Shown in pieces: positions 53,696 through 63,567 of a stretch of 64,000 nt of DNA (its first letter is position 1; the number at the start of each line of letters is the position of its first letter). The position numbers were made by a program, and so were the translations under genes. The notes under the pieces were generated by a model. It was not told the origin of the DNA and made no database searches. It was given only the letters and a program-made list of their open reading frames with translations. The stretch is from Vulcanimicrobiota bacterium (GTDB taxonomy: Bacteria; Vulcanimicrobiota; Vulcanimicrobiia; Vulcanimicrobiales; Vulcanimicrobiaceae): the NCBI GenBank assembly GCA_963820825.1, contig CAWGBN010000006.1, positions 224,001 to 288,000 on the forward strand, in the 5' to 3' direction.

Positions 53696-56323
53696 ATGAA
53701 GAGTCAGGAACTGCGTCAGGCGTGGATCGACTTTTTCGTCGGCAAGCAGCACAAGCTGCTTCCGCCGGCGAGCCTGATTCCGCACGAGATGTCGACGACG
53801 CTCTTCACGATCGCGGGGATGGAGCAGTTCGTTCCAGTCTTTCTCGGCGAGCAGCCGGCGCCGGCGCCGCGCGCCGTGACGGTGCAGCGCTGCCTGCGGG
53901 TCGCGGGCGCGAAGAGCGACATCGAGAGCGTCGGACGGACCGGGCGCCACGGCACCTTCCTCGAGATGCTCGGGAACTTCAGCTTCGGCGACTACTACAA
54001 ACGCGATGCGATCCGATGGGCGTGGGAGTTCGTCACGCAGGTTCTCAAGCTCGAGCCTGCGCGTCTGTACGTGACGGTGCATACCGGCGACGACGAGGCG
54101 GAGCGAATTTGGATCGACGAGGTTGGACTTGCGCCCGAACGCATCACGCGTTTCGACGAGGAGAACTTCTGGACGATGGGCGCGACCGGGCCATGCGGTC
54201 CGTGCACCGAAATTTTTTACGACACCGGCGCCGCGTACGCAAGCGGTCCCGACGACTCCGGTCCGAATCTCGGGAACCGGTACGTCGAGATCTGGAACGT
54301 CGTCTTTCAGCAGTACAATCGAACCGCAGACGGCAAGCTCGAAGAGCTGCCGCGCAAGGCGATCGATACCGGTGCGGGTCTGGAGCGCATGCTCGCCGTC
54401 TGCAACGGCTTCGCCTCGATGTATCAGACCGATCTCTTCACCGATCTCGTCGCCGCTCAGCCGCCGATCGGCCGAACGACGCTCTCGCCCGCCGAGCAGC
54501 GAGCCCGGCAGAATATCATCGCCGATCATATGCGGGCCGCGACCTTTCTGATCAACGACGGAATCTATCCGTCGAATACGGAGCGCGGATTCGTCCTGCG
54601 CTTCTTGATCCGGCGTGCGATTCGCAACGGAAGACTGCTCGGCTATCCCGACGGCTTTCTCGCCGGACTCGTGCCGGCGGTGGTGCGTTCGCTCGAACCG
54701 GGATACCCGGAGCTGCGCGAGAGCGAGGCGCGCATCGTCAACGCGCTGCGTCAAGAGGAGCAGACCTTCGATCGTACGCTCGAACGCGGCATGGCGATGC
54801 TCGACCGCGTGATCGGCGAAGCGATCGAACGCCACGGACGCGTGATCGGCGGCGAAGCCGCGTTCACCTTACACGATACCTACGGCTTCCCGGTCGAGCT
54901 TACGCGCGAGATCGCCGGCGAGCACGGCGCCGTCGTCGATACAGTCGCCTTCGACCAGCTGATGGAGGAGCAGCGCGAGCGCGCAAGGCGCGACGCTGCG
55001 GCAAAGCGGGAGGCGGTCGCGCTCGCCGATCTACCGGCGGTGCGCAGCGAGTTTACGGGCTACGATCAAGGCCTCGAAACCGAGGGTCGCGTCGTAGCGA
55101 TCCTCAAGAGCGGCGCGATGGTCTCCTCACTGCGGGCGGGCGAAGAGGGCACGATCGTTCTCGACCGCACCGCCTTCTATGCCGAACGCGGCGGACAGAT
55201 CGGCGATCGCGGAACGATCTTTGCCCCTTCGACAGGCTCAGGGCAGGCTCGTTTCGAGGTTAGCGACGCGCAGTATATGGGCGAAGCGATCGCGCACCAC
55301 GGCAGCCTCGTCGAGGGTGAGATTGCGGTCGGCGACGTCGTCGGCACGAGCGTCTTCGAGCATTGGCGCCGCGAGATCCGGCGCCATCACACCTCGGCGC
55401 ATCTCCTCCAGCGCGCGCTTAAAGACGTGCTCGGCGACGACGTGAATCAAGCCGGTTCGTGGGTCGGGATCGACCGCATGCGTTTCGATTTCCGTTGGCC
55501 CGGCGGCGCGCTGACGCCGGAGCAGAGACGCGCCGTGACGCATCGCGTCAACGAGATGATTCGCGACGACGCGCATCTCGTTACGCGCGTCTTGCCGCTC
55601 GAAGAGGCGAAGAAGACCGGCGCGATCTGGATGGCCGGTGAGAACTACGGCGAAAGAATTCGCGTCGTCCAGGCGGGACCGTCGCTGGAGTTCTGCGGCG
55701 GAACGCACTCGCATTCGACCGGCGAGCTCGGCATGTTCGTCATTCTTTCGGAGTTCTCGATCGGCAGCGGCATCCGCCGAATCGAATCGTGCGTTTCAGA
55801 AGCGGCCGAGGAGTACGTCGGCAAGCAGAGCGAGCTGATCGGAACGCTCTCGTCGGCGCTGGCCTCTTCACCCGACGAACTGCGCGAGCGCGTCGAGCGC
55901 ATGCAGCGCGAGATGAAAGAGTTGCAGACGGCGCTGGGACAGCTTCGCGCCCGGCTCGCGGCCAGCGAAGCCGAATCGTACGTCGAACGGGCCGAGCGTA
56001 ACGGCGACCGGACGTTCGTCGGTGCGGTCGTCCGCGAAGCGAATGCCGAGTCGCTGCGCCATCTCAGCAGCGCCATTCGCAACCGCTTGAAGAGCGGCGT
56101 CGTCGCGCTTGCCGGCGTCGACAACGGCGCGGTGAGCCTCTTGGTAAGTGCGAGCGACGATCTGGTGAGCGCGGGCGTGCACGCCGGCAATCTCGTCAAG
56201 CTGGCCGCGCCGCTCGTTGCCGGAAAGGGCGGCGGACAGGCGGCGCAAGCGCAGGGCGGCGGAAGCGACGCGTCCGGAGCGGAGGCTGCGGTCCGCGCGA
56301 TCCGCGATGCGGTCTTGGCGTGA
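53696..56323 (+). CDS. alaS: Alanine--tRNA ligase
   Basis: FTIAGM, HGTFLEMLGNFSFGDY, IDTGAGLER, HTSAHLL, EFCGGTH, GKGGG. Confidence 0.97.
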   Translation: MKSQELRQAWIDFFVGKQHKLLPPASLIPHEMSTTLFTIAGMEQFVPVFLGEQPAPAPRAVTVQRCLRVAGAKSDIESVGRTGRHGTFLEMLGNFSFGDYYKRDAIRWAWEFVTQVLKLEPARLYVTVHTGDDEAERIWIDEVGLAPERITRFDEENFWTMGATGPCGPCTEIFYDTGAAYASGPDDSGPNLGNRYVEIWNVVFQQYNRTADGKLEELPRKAIDTGAGLERMLAVCNGFASMYQTDLFTDLVAAQPPIGRTTLSPAEQRARQNIIADHMRAATFLINDGIYPSNTERGFVLRFLIRRAIRNGRLLGYPDGFLAGLVPAVVRSLEPGYPELRESEARIVNALRQEEQTFDRTLERGMAMLDRVIGEAIERHGRVIGGEAAFTLHDTYGFPVELTREIAGEHGAVVDTVAFDQLMEEQRERARRDAAAKREAVALADLPAVRSEFTGYDQGLETEGRVVAILKSGAMVSSLRAGEEGTIVLDRTAFYAERGGQIGDRGTIFAPSTGSGQARFEVSDAQYMGEAIAHHGSLVEGEIAVGDVVGTSVFEHWRREIRRHHTSAHLLQRALKDVLGDDVNQAGSWVGIDRMRFDFRWPGGALTPEQRRAVTHRVNEMIRDDAHLVTRVLPLEEAKKTGAIWMAGENYGERIRVVQAGPSLEFCGGTHSHSTGELGMFVILSEFSIGSGIRRIESCVSEAAEEYVGKQSELIGTLSSALASSPDELRERVERMQREMKELQTALGQLRARLAASEAESYVERAERNGDRTFVGAVVREANAESLRHLSSAIRNRLKSGVVALAGVDNGAVSLLVSASDDLVSAGVHAGNLVKLAAPLVAGKGGGQAAQAQGGGSDASGAEAAVRAIRDAVLA
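55223..55248 (+). repeat. REP-like element in frame within alaS (encodes APSTGSGQA)
   Basis: GCCCCTTCGACAGGCTCAGGGCAGGC; 16-mer shared with 47838-47853. Confidence 0.75.
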
Positions 56324-57009
56324 TGCGGCCAACGGCGCTCTGCGCGCTCGCCGTCGTCGCGTTGCTCGGTGCAGCGCCGGCGACGCTCGACTCGCAGTAC
56401 GTCTTGCAACGATACGCGCTCGCGCTCGCCGCGCTGAGCCTTCCCAAGGTCGTCATCTACGCGTACACCGTCTCGCAAGTCGGTCCGAGCAATATCGAGC
56501 AGCGTCACGAGATCTATCGTAACGGCATGGACGTACGCGACGAGACGCTTGCGGTCGACGGCATTCCGCTGACGCGAAAGGTCGTGCGTTTCTCCCACCA
56601 CGAAGAGCGTTACACCGTCGACCGGTTCGCGCCGCGCACCGACGCGTACGAGATGCTCTTCTTGGGCACCGCAAAGGACGGGCACCATCTGGACTACATC
56701 TACGAAGCGACGCCGATGAGCCGGCCCGCGGGCGCCTGGATCGACCGAATCGCGATTGACGGCGTAACGTTTCTTCCGCGCGCCGTACACTTTCACAGCA
56801 ACGGTCTCGACGTCTCGGGAAGCGGCGACATCGAGTTCGCCGCCTTCGGAAAGTATTGGATGCCGGTTCTCGCCTCGGCCGAGGCGCGCGTCAAAGGCAA
56901 GCCGGCGCGCGAGCGTATCACGTGGAGCGACTACCGTTTTCCCGGGAGCCTCCCGCCATCGACGTTCCAGCCGCCGAAGCCGCTGCCGGAGACGACGCCG
57001 TCGCCGTAG
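56320..57009 (+). CDS. Hypothetical exported protein
   Basis: Signal peptide, beta-rich body ending ERITWSDYRFP; GTGA overlap with alaS. Confidence 0.65.
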   Translation: MMRPTALCALAVVALLGAAPATLDSQYVLQRYALALAALSLPKVVIYAYTVSQVGPSNIEQRHEIYRNGMDVRDETLAVDGIPLTRKVVRFSHHEERYTVDRFAPRTDAYEMLFLGTAKDGHHLDYIYEATPMSRPAGAWIDRIAIDGVTFLPRAVHFHSNGLDVSGSGDIEFAAFGKYWMPVLASAEARVKGKPARERITWSDYRFPGSLPPSTFQPPKPLPETTPSP

Positions 57010-58198
57010 AGGCGCGCCGCGCGCCGCAGCAGATCAAGCCCGCCTACGCCGCGGCGCTCGTTGCATTTCTCGTTACCGCGATCGCCTCGCATCTGCGAGC
57101 GACGCCGTATAACAACTTCGTTCTGCTCGCGCAGGCCTTCTTGCACGGGCGGGTGTGGATCGACTGGCCGGGTTCGTACATCGACGCGCTGCAATACAAC
57201 GGCCGTTACTACATCATCGAGGCGCCGCTGCCGGCAATCTTGCTGCTGCCGCTCGTCGCGCTCTTCGGCGCGCAGGCGAATCAGACGCTGCTCGCTGCGG
57301 TGCTGGGCGCCGTTGCGGTCGGTGCGGCATGGGAGCTCGGCGAGCGCTTCGGTTTGAGCCGCACGTCCAACCTCTGGATCTGCGCCTTCTTACTCGCCGG
57401 GACCGACCTTCTCTGGTGCGCGATGTTCGGCGACGTCTGGTTTCTCGCGCACGTTTCGGCGGTCTGCTTCACGCTGCTCGCGCTCGTGGAGCTTGCCGGC
57501 AGACGCCGAGGCTGGCTCGTCGCGCTCTTCGCAGCCTGCGCGGTCGAATCGCGCTTTTCGATGATCGGCGCCATCCCAATCTATCTCTATCTGTTGCTCG
57601 CGCCACCTCGCTCTGTCATCCTGACCGAAGCGCGAAGCGCGGAGTCGAAGGACGGGCTCTATCGTTTGGGGCGGTGATTGCCGGGGCTGCGGTGCTCTGG
57701 GTGATTTACAATCTCGCGCGCTGGGGGACGTGGAACGACATTGGCTACGCGGCGTGGTATCACCAAGATCAAGCGGGAATGCCGACCGGCTCGCCCTTCC
57801 GGATCGAATATCTGCCGTTTCAGCTCTGGTCGTTCTTCGTGCAGATGCCGACGCGTCTGCCGGTCTTTCCGTGGCTGCGTCCGGAGTTCTCCGGTATCGC
57901 GCTCACCTGGACGTCGCCGGCGCTCGTCGTGGCACTCTTCGCGCGCTCGCCGTTGCGCTGGGTCGTCACGCTCTGGGCCGCGGCGTTCTTGAGTGCGGCA
58001 CCGAATTTTTTCTACTACGTCAACGGCTACGCGCAGTTCGGGATGCGCCATGCCCTCGACTTCGCGCCGTTCCTCGTCGCCTTGATGATGCTCGCCGTGC
58101 GCGAACGCTTCCCGCGCTGGGGATACGCGTTGATCGCATACTCCGTCCTCGTCGGGTTGTGGGGCTGCTGGTACTGGCTGGGCTACGTGCGGACGTAA
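57010..58198 (+). CDS. Multi-pass membrane protein (possible GT-C-like), frame broken near the repeat at ~57600-57665; start uncertain
   Basis: Hydrophobic N-half in ORF 56856-57677 and hydrophobic C-half in ORF 57155-58198 (YVNGYAQFGMRHALDF). Confidence 0.6.
57614..57653 (-). repeat. Most complete REP-like palindromic element, inside the membrane protein CDS
   Basis: TGTCATCCTGACCGAAGCGCGAAGCGCGGAGTCGAAGGAC; reverse complement reads GTCCTTCGAC-stemloop-GGTCAGGATGACA. Confidence 0.8.
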
Positions 58199-58241
58199 TG
58201 AGCCGCCGAAACAATCCGAAGCCTCGGTTCGTAGAACTCAC

Positions 58242-58934
58242 ATGACGTCACCTCGCCTCGTTGCCAGGCTCGCGGGCGTCGCGTATCTGGTCACGGTGTT
58301 GACCGGCCTCTTCGCCGAAGTCGTGGTCCGCGGAAAGCTGATCGACTACGGCGATCCGGCCGCGACGGCTCGGAACATTCTGGCGTCGGAGAGCCTCTAT
58401 CGATGGGGCTTCGCCGCCGATATTCTCGGCGGCGCGGCTTACGTCGTGGTGACGCTGCTGCTCTACGAGCTGCTCAAGCCGGTAAACAAGAAGCTCTCGC
58501 TCCTCGCTGCGTTTTTTAGTCTGGTGGGAATCGCGATCGGCGGCCTCGCCGCGCTCGGACATCTCGCGCCGCTGCTCATCTTGAAAGATGCGTACATGGC
58601 GCCGTTCGCCACCGCGCAGGCGCAGGCGATGGCGCTGCTCGCGCTCAAGCTGCACGCCCGCGGCTACTGGATCGCGCTGGTCTTCTTCGGGTTCTACGAG
58701 GCGGTGCTCGGGTATCTGATCTTCAAATCGCGCTTCTTGCCGCGAACGCTCGGCGTCCTCGTGGCGCTGGCGGGGGCGGCATTCCTCGCCAATAGCTTCG
58801 CGCTCTTCGTCTCGCCGGCGCTGGGCAACGCGATCAATCCGTTCATGCTCGCCCTCGACGGCATCGGTGAGATCGCGCTAACGCTCTGGCTTCTGATCGT
58901 CGGCGTCAACGAGCGCCTCGTAAGCCGCGCGTAG
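58242..58934 (+). CDS. DUF4386 family membrane protein
   Basis: ARLAG..YL, D.AATARNI, LLY.LLKPV, FKSRFLPR.LG, WLLI.GV. Confidence 0.8.
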   Translation: MTSPRLVARLAGVAYLVTVLTGLFAEVVVRGKLIDYGDPAATARNILASESLYRWGFAADILGGAAYVVVTLLLYELLKPVNKKLSLLAAFFSLVGIAIGGLAALGHLAPLLILKDAYMAPFATAQAQAMALLALKLHARGYWIALVFFGFYEAVLGYLIFKSRFLPRTLGVLVALAGAAFLANSFALFVSPALGNAINPFMLALDGIGEIALTLWLLIVGVNERLVSRA

Positions 58935-60647
58935 TCCGGCCGCATCCCGAACCGGCGCGCCGCAGGTACCGGTGACGCAGACGTATGCGGCCGGCTCCGC
59001 CGGCATGCCGAGCTTGGCGGCATCCTCCGGCGAGAGCGTGCGAATGGTGGCGAAGGGCATGGGAAGACGCAATGCGGCTTCGCGAAAGGCATCGCTTCCC
59101 GCCGCGTCCCCGACGATCCGAACGCCGAGCTCCGGCAGGAGATACCGGCGCAGCGCCCGCGCGCACGGCGCGCCGAACGATCCGGCGGAACGAATGCTCG
59201 GCGCGTAGAGACGAAGCGCCGCCTCCGCGCGCTGCCGATACCTCGCCTCGCCGGTTAGCGCGGCGAGACGCAGAAGCGAATCGGCCATCAAGCCGTTCTC
59301 GGCAATCGGCCGATCCGGCAACGCGAGCCGACCGAAGGCTTCGTCGGCGACGATACGGTCGTAGAATCCGCCGCCCGGCGCTTCGAAGCGTTCGAGCGTG
59401 ACGTCCGCGACGCGACGTGCGCGTTGGAGAAAACGCGCTTCGCCCGAGATCTCGTGCGCGTCGAGCAGCGCGCGTAAATATGCGGCGTGGTCGACGAGCA
59501 AGCCCGGTACCTCGGGTGCGCCTTCCGGCGAAAGGACGTGGTAGAGCAGGCCGTCGTCGCCGACCAACCGCGCCGCGACGTTATCGAGCGTTTGGAGCGC
59601 TTCGGCGAGCAGGCTCTCGTCGTCGAGCGCGCGCGCGACCAACACTTGCGCTCCGGCAAGCGCGCAGGTCCAGTTCGTGTACGAAGTGCGATCGACGTAG
59701 GGTTGCGCGTGCATCCGCCGCTCCTCCAGGGGAAGTGCGTAGTACTCTTCGTCGGCGTCTTGGCTGCCGGAAAAGAAGCCGCTGCGCGGGTCGCGCAGCA
59801 CGCGGCGGACGTATCCCATCGCCGAGACGAGAGTCGCGCGAATCTCGTCGATCGGAGCGAAGGTGACCAGCCCCGCAAGAACGCGCAGCAGGCCCGCATG
59901 GTCCTCGGCCATCTTTTCAAAATGCGGAACGCTCCAATCGCGGGTCGTCGAGTAGCGGAAGAACCCGCCTTCGACGTGATCGTACGTGCCGCCGCGCGCC
60001 ATCGCGAGCATGGTGCGTGCGACCATTTCGTAGAGACGTTGATCGCCCGAGAGGCGCCACTCCGCGAGTAAGAACTCGTGGACCTCGGGTTGCGGAAACT
60101 TCGGCGCATCGCCGAAGCCGCCGAACTCGTCGTCGTAGGATCGATCGAGCTGGGCGAGCAGGTTGCGAATCGGCGCGTCGTCGAGATCGCCGCTCGTCTC
60201 CGGGGCGCGCTCGGCAAAACGGTCGTGCAGCTCGGCGGCGCGCTGCGCGATCTCGTCTTTGCGCTCGGCGTAGAAGCGCGCGATCTCGTCGAGGGCGCGG
60301 CGCATCTGCGGTGCCGGAAGGTAGGTCGTGCCGGTGAGCGTCGTACCGTCCGGTGCGAGAAAGGCCGTGGTCGGCCAGCCGCCCATATTGTAGCGCGCGT
60401 TGACGTCCGGACGCCGGTCGTTGTCAACGCGAATCGGAACGAAGTCGCGATTGATGCTCTCGATCACGCTCGAATCGGAGTACGACGTCTCGTCCATGAC
60501 GTGGCACCAGTGACACCAGACCGCGGAGATCGCCAGAAGAATCGGCTTGTCCTCCGAGCGTGCGCGCTCGAAGGCATCTTCGCCCCAAGCCATCCAGCCG
60601 ATCTCCGACGCGCGATTCGGTCGCGGAGAGAAGCGAAACTCATTCAT
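58878..60647 (-). CDS. DUF255 thioredoxin-domain protein (YyaL/SSP411-like)
   Basis: KPILL.I...WCHWCHVM, GGWP.T.FL, APKFP, GGFFRYST...W.VPHFEKM. Confidence 0.9.
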   Translation of the reverse strand: MNEFRFSPRPNRASEIGWMAWGEDAFERARSEDKPILLAISAVWCHWCHVMDETSYSDSSVIESINRDFVPIRVDNDRRPDVNARYNMGGWPTTAFLAPDGTTLTGTTYLPAPQMRRALDEIARFYAERKDEIAQRAAELHDRFAERAPETSGDLDDAPIRNLLAQLDRSYDDEFGGFGDAPKFPQPEVHEFLLAEWRLSGDQRLYEMVARTMLAMARGGTYDHVEGGFFRYSTTRDWSVPHFEKMAEDHAGLLRVLAGLVTFAPIDEIRATLVSAMGYVRRVLRDPRSGFFSGSQDADEEYYALPLEERRMHAQPYVDRTSYTNWTCALAGAQVLVARALDDESLLAEALQTLDNVAARLVGDDGLLYHVLSPEGAPEVPGLLVDHAAYLRALLDAHEISGEARFLQRARRVADVTLERFEAPGGGFYDRIVADEAFGRLALPDRPIAENGLMADSLLRLAALTGEARYRQRAEAALRLYAPSIRSAGSFGAPCARALRRYLLPELGVRIVGDAAGSDAFREAALRLPMPFATIRTLSPEDAAKLGMPAEPAAYVCVTGTCGAPVRDAAGLRAAYEALVDADDQKPER

Positions 60648-60918
60648 CGGGGGCTCCTTGCAGAAACGACGCGGAGTAGAAGACGGCGATCAACGCATAC
60701 AGCGCAAGACCCGCGATGCCTGCCGTCTCGTAACGCAGTGCGAACGTCGCCGTGAAATAGAGCGCGAAGATTAGGCTTATCGCGGCATACCGCCGGTGCG
60801 ACGCCGCCGACATGCCGTACGTCTCGCGGTCGTAGAGGCCGCCGTGGGAACGACTGCATCGCAACGCGACGGCGCCGACGACGAGCGATACCGCGACTCC
60901 GGCTAAGCTCCACCCCAT
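60640..60918 (-). CDS. Small hypothetical membrane protein
   Basis: 92 aa with 3 TM segments; stop overlaps the DUF255 start. Confidence 0.55.
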   Translation of the reverse strand: MGWSLAGVAVSLVVGAVALRCSRSHGGLYDRETYGMSAASHRRYAAISLIFALYFTATFALRYETAGIAGLALYALIAVFYSASFLQGAPDE

Positions 60919-60961
60919 GCGCTCTAAGGGTACCCTGCCGGAGCGTCGAAAGCCAACCGCA

Positions 60962-62581
60962 ATGGCGCCTCGTACGACGTCCGCTCGTCCCGGTTCGCTC
61001 GCGACGTATCAAAAGAAACGGGACTTCGATCAAACGCCCGAGCCGAGCGGTCGCAAGGGAAAGACCGCTCGTTCGCGCGGGAAGGCGATGCGGTTCGTCG
61101 TTCAGATGCATCGCGCGACGCGCCTGCACTACGATTTTCGTCTGGAGGCCGACGGCGTTCTGGCCTCGTGGGCGGTTCCCAAGGGACCGACGCTCGCCCC
61201 GGGCGATCGCCGATTGGCAATGCACGTCGAGGACCATCCGCTCGACTATCGCGACTTCGAAGGCAACATTCCCGCAGGGCAATACGGCGCCGGGAGCGTG
61301 ATCGTTTGGGACAAAGGCACCTACACGCTCGCCGAGGGCGACGACCCGGCCGACGAGATTGCCAACGGCAAGATCAAGTTCGTGCTGCACGGGAAGAAGC
61401 TGCACGGTATTTTCGCGCTCGTCAAAATCAAGCCGCGGGAGGGCGAGAGTGGAGAGCCGTGGCTGCTCATCAAGGATCGCGACGAATACTCCGATCCGAA
61501 ATACGACCCGGCCGATCATCCGGAATCGGTCAAGAGCGGTAAGACGCTCGGCGACGTCGCGCGCGATCCGAAGGCGCGAACGTGGCAGTCGAAGCCGAGC
61601 GCGCGTCACGCCGCCGTCGCTTCCCGGCGGCGCGTCACCGTCAAGCGCGATCCGGTGCCGCATCCGAAATCGTTGATGCTCGCGACGCTCGTCGCCGAAC
61701 CCTTCGACGATCCCGCGTGGCTCTTCGAGATCAAGTGGGACGGCTATCGCGCGCTGGCTACGATCGAAGAGGATTCGTTCTCACTCGTCTCGCGCAACGG
61801 TCTCGACATGTTGCGGCGCTTTCCGGAACTCAAAGAGCTCGCCGGCGCGTTCGCGAGCCTGCCGGTCGTGGTCGACGGTGAGATCGTCAGCCTCGATGCG
61901 GACGGACGCTCGGCCTTTCAGCGTCTGCAGGAATCGCAGAAAAAACCCGCCGGTCTCACCTACGCCGCCTTCGATCTGCTCTACGCCGACGGCACCGATC
62001 TGCGCTCGAAGCCGCTCGAGGAGCGCAAAGCGCTGCTGGAGCGGCTGATTCGCGACGACGAGCTCGTGCTCTACTCCAAACACATCGTCGAAAAAGGTAC
62101 GGCGCTCTACGAAGTCGCCAAGAAGCAGCGACTCGAAGGCATCATCGGCAAGAAGCGCGACTCGAGCTATCAAGAACGGCGCAGCCGCGATTGGGTGAAG
62201 ATCAAGACCGGTTACGAACAAGAGTTCGTCGTCGGCGGCTGGACGGAGCCGAAAGGAAGCCGCAGCGGTTTCGGCGCGCTGCTCTTGGGCGTCTATGAGA
62301 AGCGCGCGCTGCGCTACGTCGGCTCGGTCGGCACGGGCTTCACCCAGAAGATGCTGACCGATCTCTCCAAGCGGCTGCGCGCGATCGAGCGGAAGACGTC
62401 GTCCTTCTCCAATCCCGTCGATGCCAACGCGCCGACGCATTGGACGTCGCCCGAGCTCGTGGTCGAGGTGCGGTTCTCCGAGTGGACGCGCGACGGCTAC
62501 CTGCGCCAACCCGCCTATCTGGGGCTGCGCTCCGATAAATCGGCGAAGGACGTCGTCGCGGAGCTGCCGGGCGAGGCGTGA
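60962..62581 (+). CDS. ligD: NHEJ DNA ligase D, phosphoesterase plus ligase domains
   Basis: Y..KRDF.QTPEP, HRATRLHYDFRLE, SWAVPKGP; ligase EIKWDGYR, EG...K, WVKIK. Confidence 0.93.
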   Translation: MAPRTTSARPGSLATYQKKRDFDQTPEPSGRKGKTARSRGKAMRFVVQMHRATRLHYDFRLEADGVLASWAVPKGPTLAPGDRRLAMHVEDHPLDYRDFEGNIPAGQYGAGSVIVWDKGTYTLAEGDDPADEIANGKIKFVLHGKKLHGIFALVKIKPREGESGEPWLLIKDRDEYSDPKYDPADHPESVKSGKTLGDVARDPKARTWQSKPSARHAAVASRRRVTVKRDPVPHPKSLMLATLVAEPFDDPAWLFEIKWDGYRALATIEEDSFSLVSRNGLDMLRRFPELKELAGAFASLPVVVDGEIVSLDADGRSAFQRLQESQKKPAGLTYAAFDLLYADGTDLRSKPLEERKALLERLIRDDELVLYSKHIVEKGTALYEVAKKQRLEGIIGKKRDSSYQERRSRDWVKIKTGYEQEFVVGGWTEPKGSRSGFGALLLGVYEKRALRYVGSVGTGFTQKMLTDLSKRLRAIERKTSSFSNPVDANAPTHWTSPELVVEVRFSEWTRDGYLRQPAYLGLRSDKSAKDVVAELPGEA

Positions 62582-63537
62582 TGGCCGAAGCACGCGTCTC
62601 GGCGCGCGTCGGATCGCGCACGCTCTCGCTTTCGAATCTCGATAAGGTTCTCTGGCCGCGCGACGGCTACACGAAGGGCGATCTCATCGAGTATTACCAA
62701 AGCGTCGCGCCCTATGCGGTCGCTCATCTCAAGGACCGCCCGCTGACGCTCCAACGCTATCCCAATGGAATCGACGGCCAGGCATTCTTCGAAAAACAGA
62801 TGCCGCGCGGAACGCCGGAGTGGATCGAGCGCGTCACGCTGCCGACGCCGGGCGGCTCGCGCAGTCACGTGACCTTCGTGGTCTGCAACGATACGCCGAG
62901 CCTCGTCTACCTCGCGAACTTGGCAACCATCGTCCTGCATATTTGGACGTCGCGACTGCCCGCCGTCGACGAGCCGGATTTTGTCATCTTCGATCTCGAT
63001 CCCGGAGAGAAGTGCACGCTCAATACGCTCGCAACCGTGACGCTCGCGGTGCGCGACTTGCTCGCAGAGATCGGCTTGACGCCGCTGGTCAAGACGACCG
63101 GCGGATACGGCGTGCACGTCGTCGTCCCGCTGGCGTCGGGGTACTCCTACGATACGGCCAAAGTCTTCGCGGAGATCGTCGCTCGCCGCGCGGCCGGCGA
63201 GTTGGGCGAACGGGCGACGCTGCAGCGGACGATCGCGAAACGGTCGCCGAGTGCGGTCTACATCGATTACGTGCAAGTCGGTCACGGCAAGACCATCGTC
63301 GCGCCGTACTCGGTGCGGGCCGGCGATGCCGCGCCGGTCTCGACTCCTTTGCATTGGGCCGAGGTCGAGGCCCTCGCCCGGCGCCGGACGGCGGCGGCTC
63401 CGGCCGACGAATTTGCGAAGTTTACCATGGCCACCACGCCCAAGCGGCTCGAGCGCGAGGGCGACCTGTGGGGGCGCAAGTACTGGAAAAAACAGCGCCT
63501 GGAACCCGCAATCAACCGGGCGCGCCGCTTGTGGTAG
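62581..63537 (+). CDS. LigD primase-polymerase domain, stand-alone
   Basis: SNLDKVLWP, TKGDL..YY, RYPNG, FDLDP, KTTGG.G.H, APYSVRA. Confidence 0.92.
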   Translation: MAEARVSARVGSRTLSLSNLDKVLWPRDGYTKGDLIEYYQSVAPYAVAHLKDRPLTLQRYPNGIDGQAFFEKQMPRGTPEWIERVTLPTPGGSRSHVTFVVCNDTPSLVYLANLATIVLHIWTSRLPAVDEPDFVIFDLDPGEKCTLNTLATVTLAVRDLLAEIGLTPLVKTTGGYGVHVVVPLASGYSYDTAKVFAEIVARRAAGELGERATLQRTIAKRSPSAVYIDYVQVGHGKTIVAPYSVRAGDAAPVSTPLHWAEVEALARRRTAAAPADEFAKFTMATTPKRLEREGDLWGRKYWKKQRLEPAINRARRLW

Positions 63538-63567
63538 GGGGTGCGCCTTGGGTAGAATAAGCGGACT

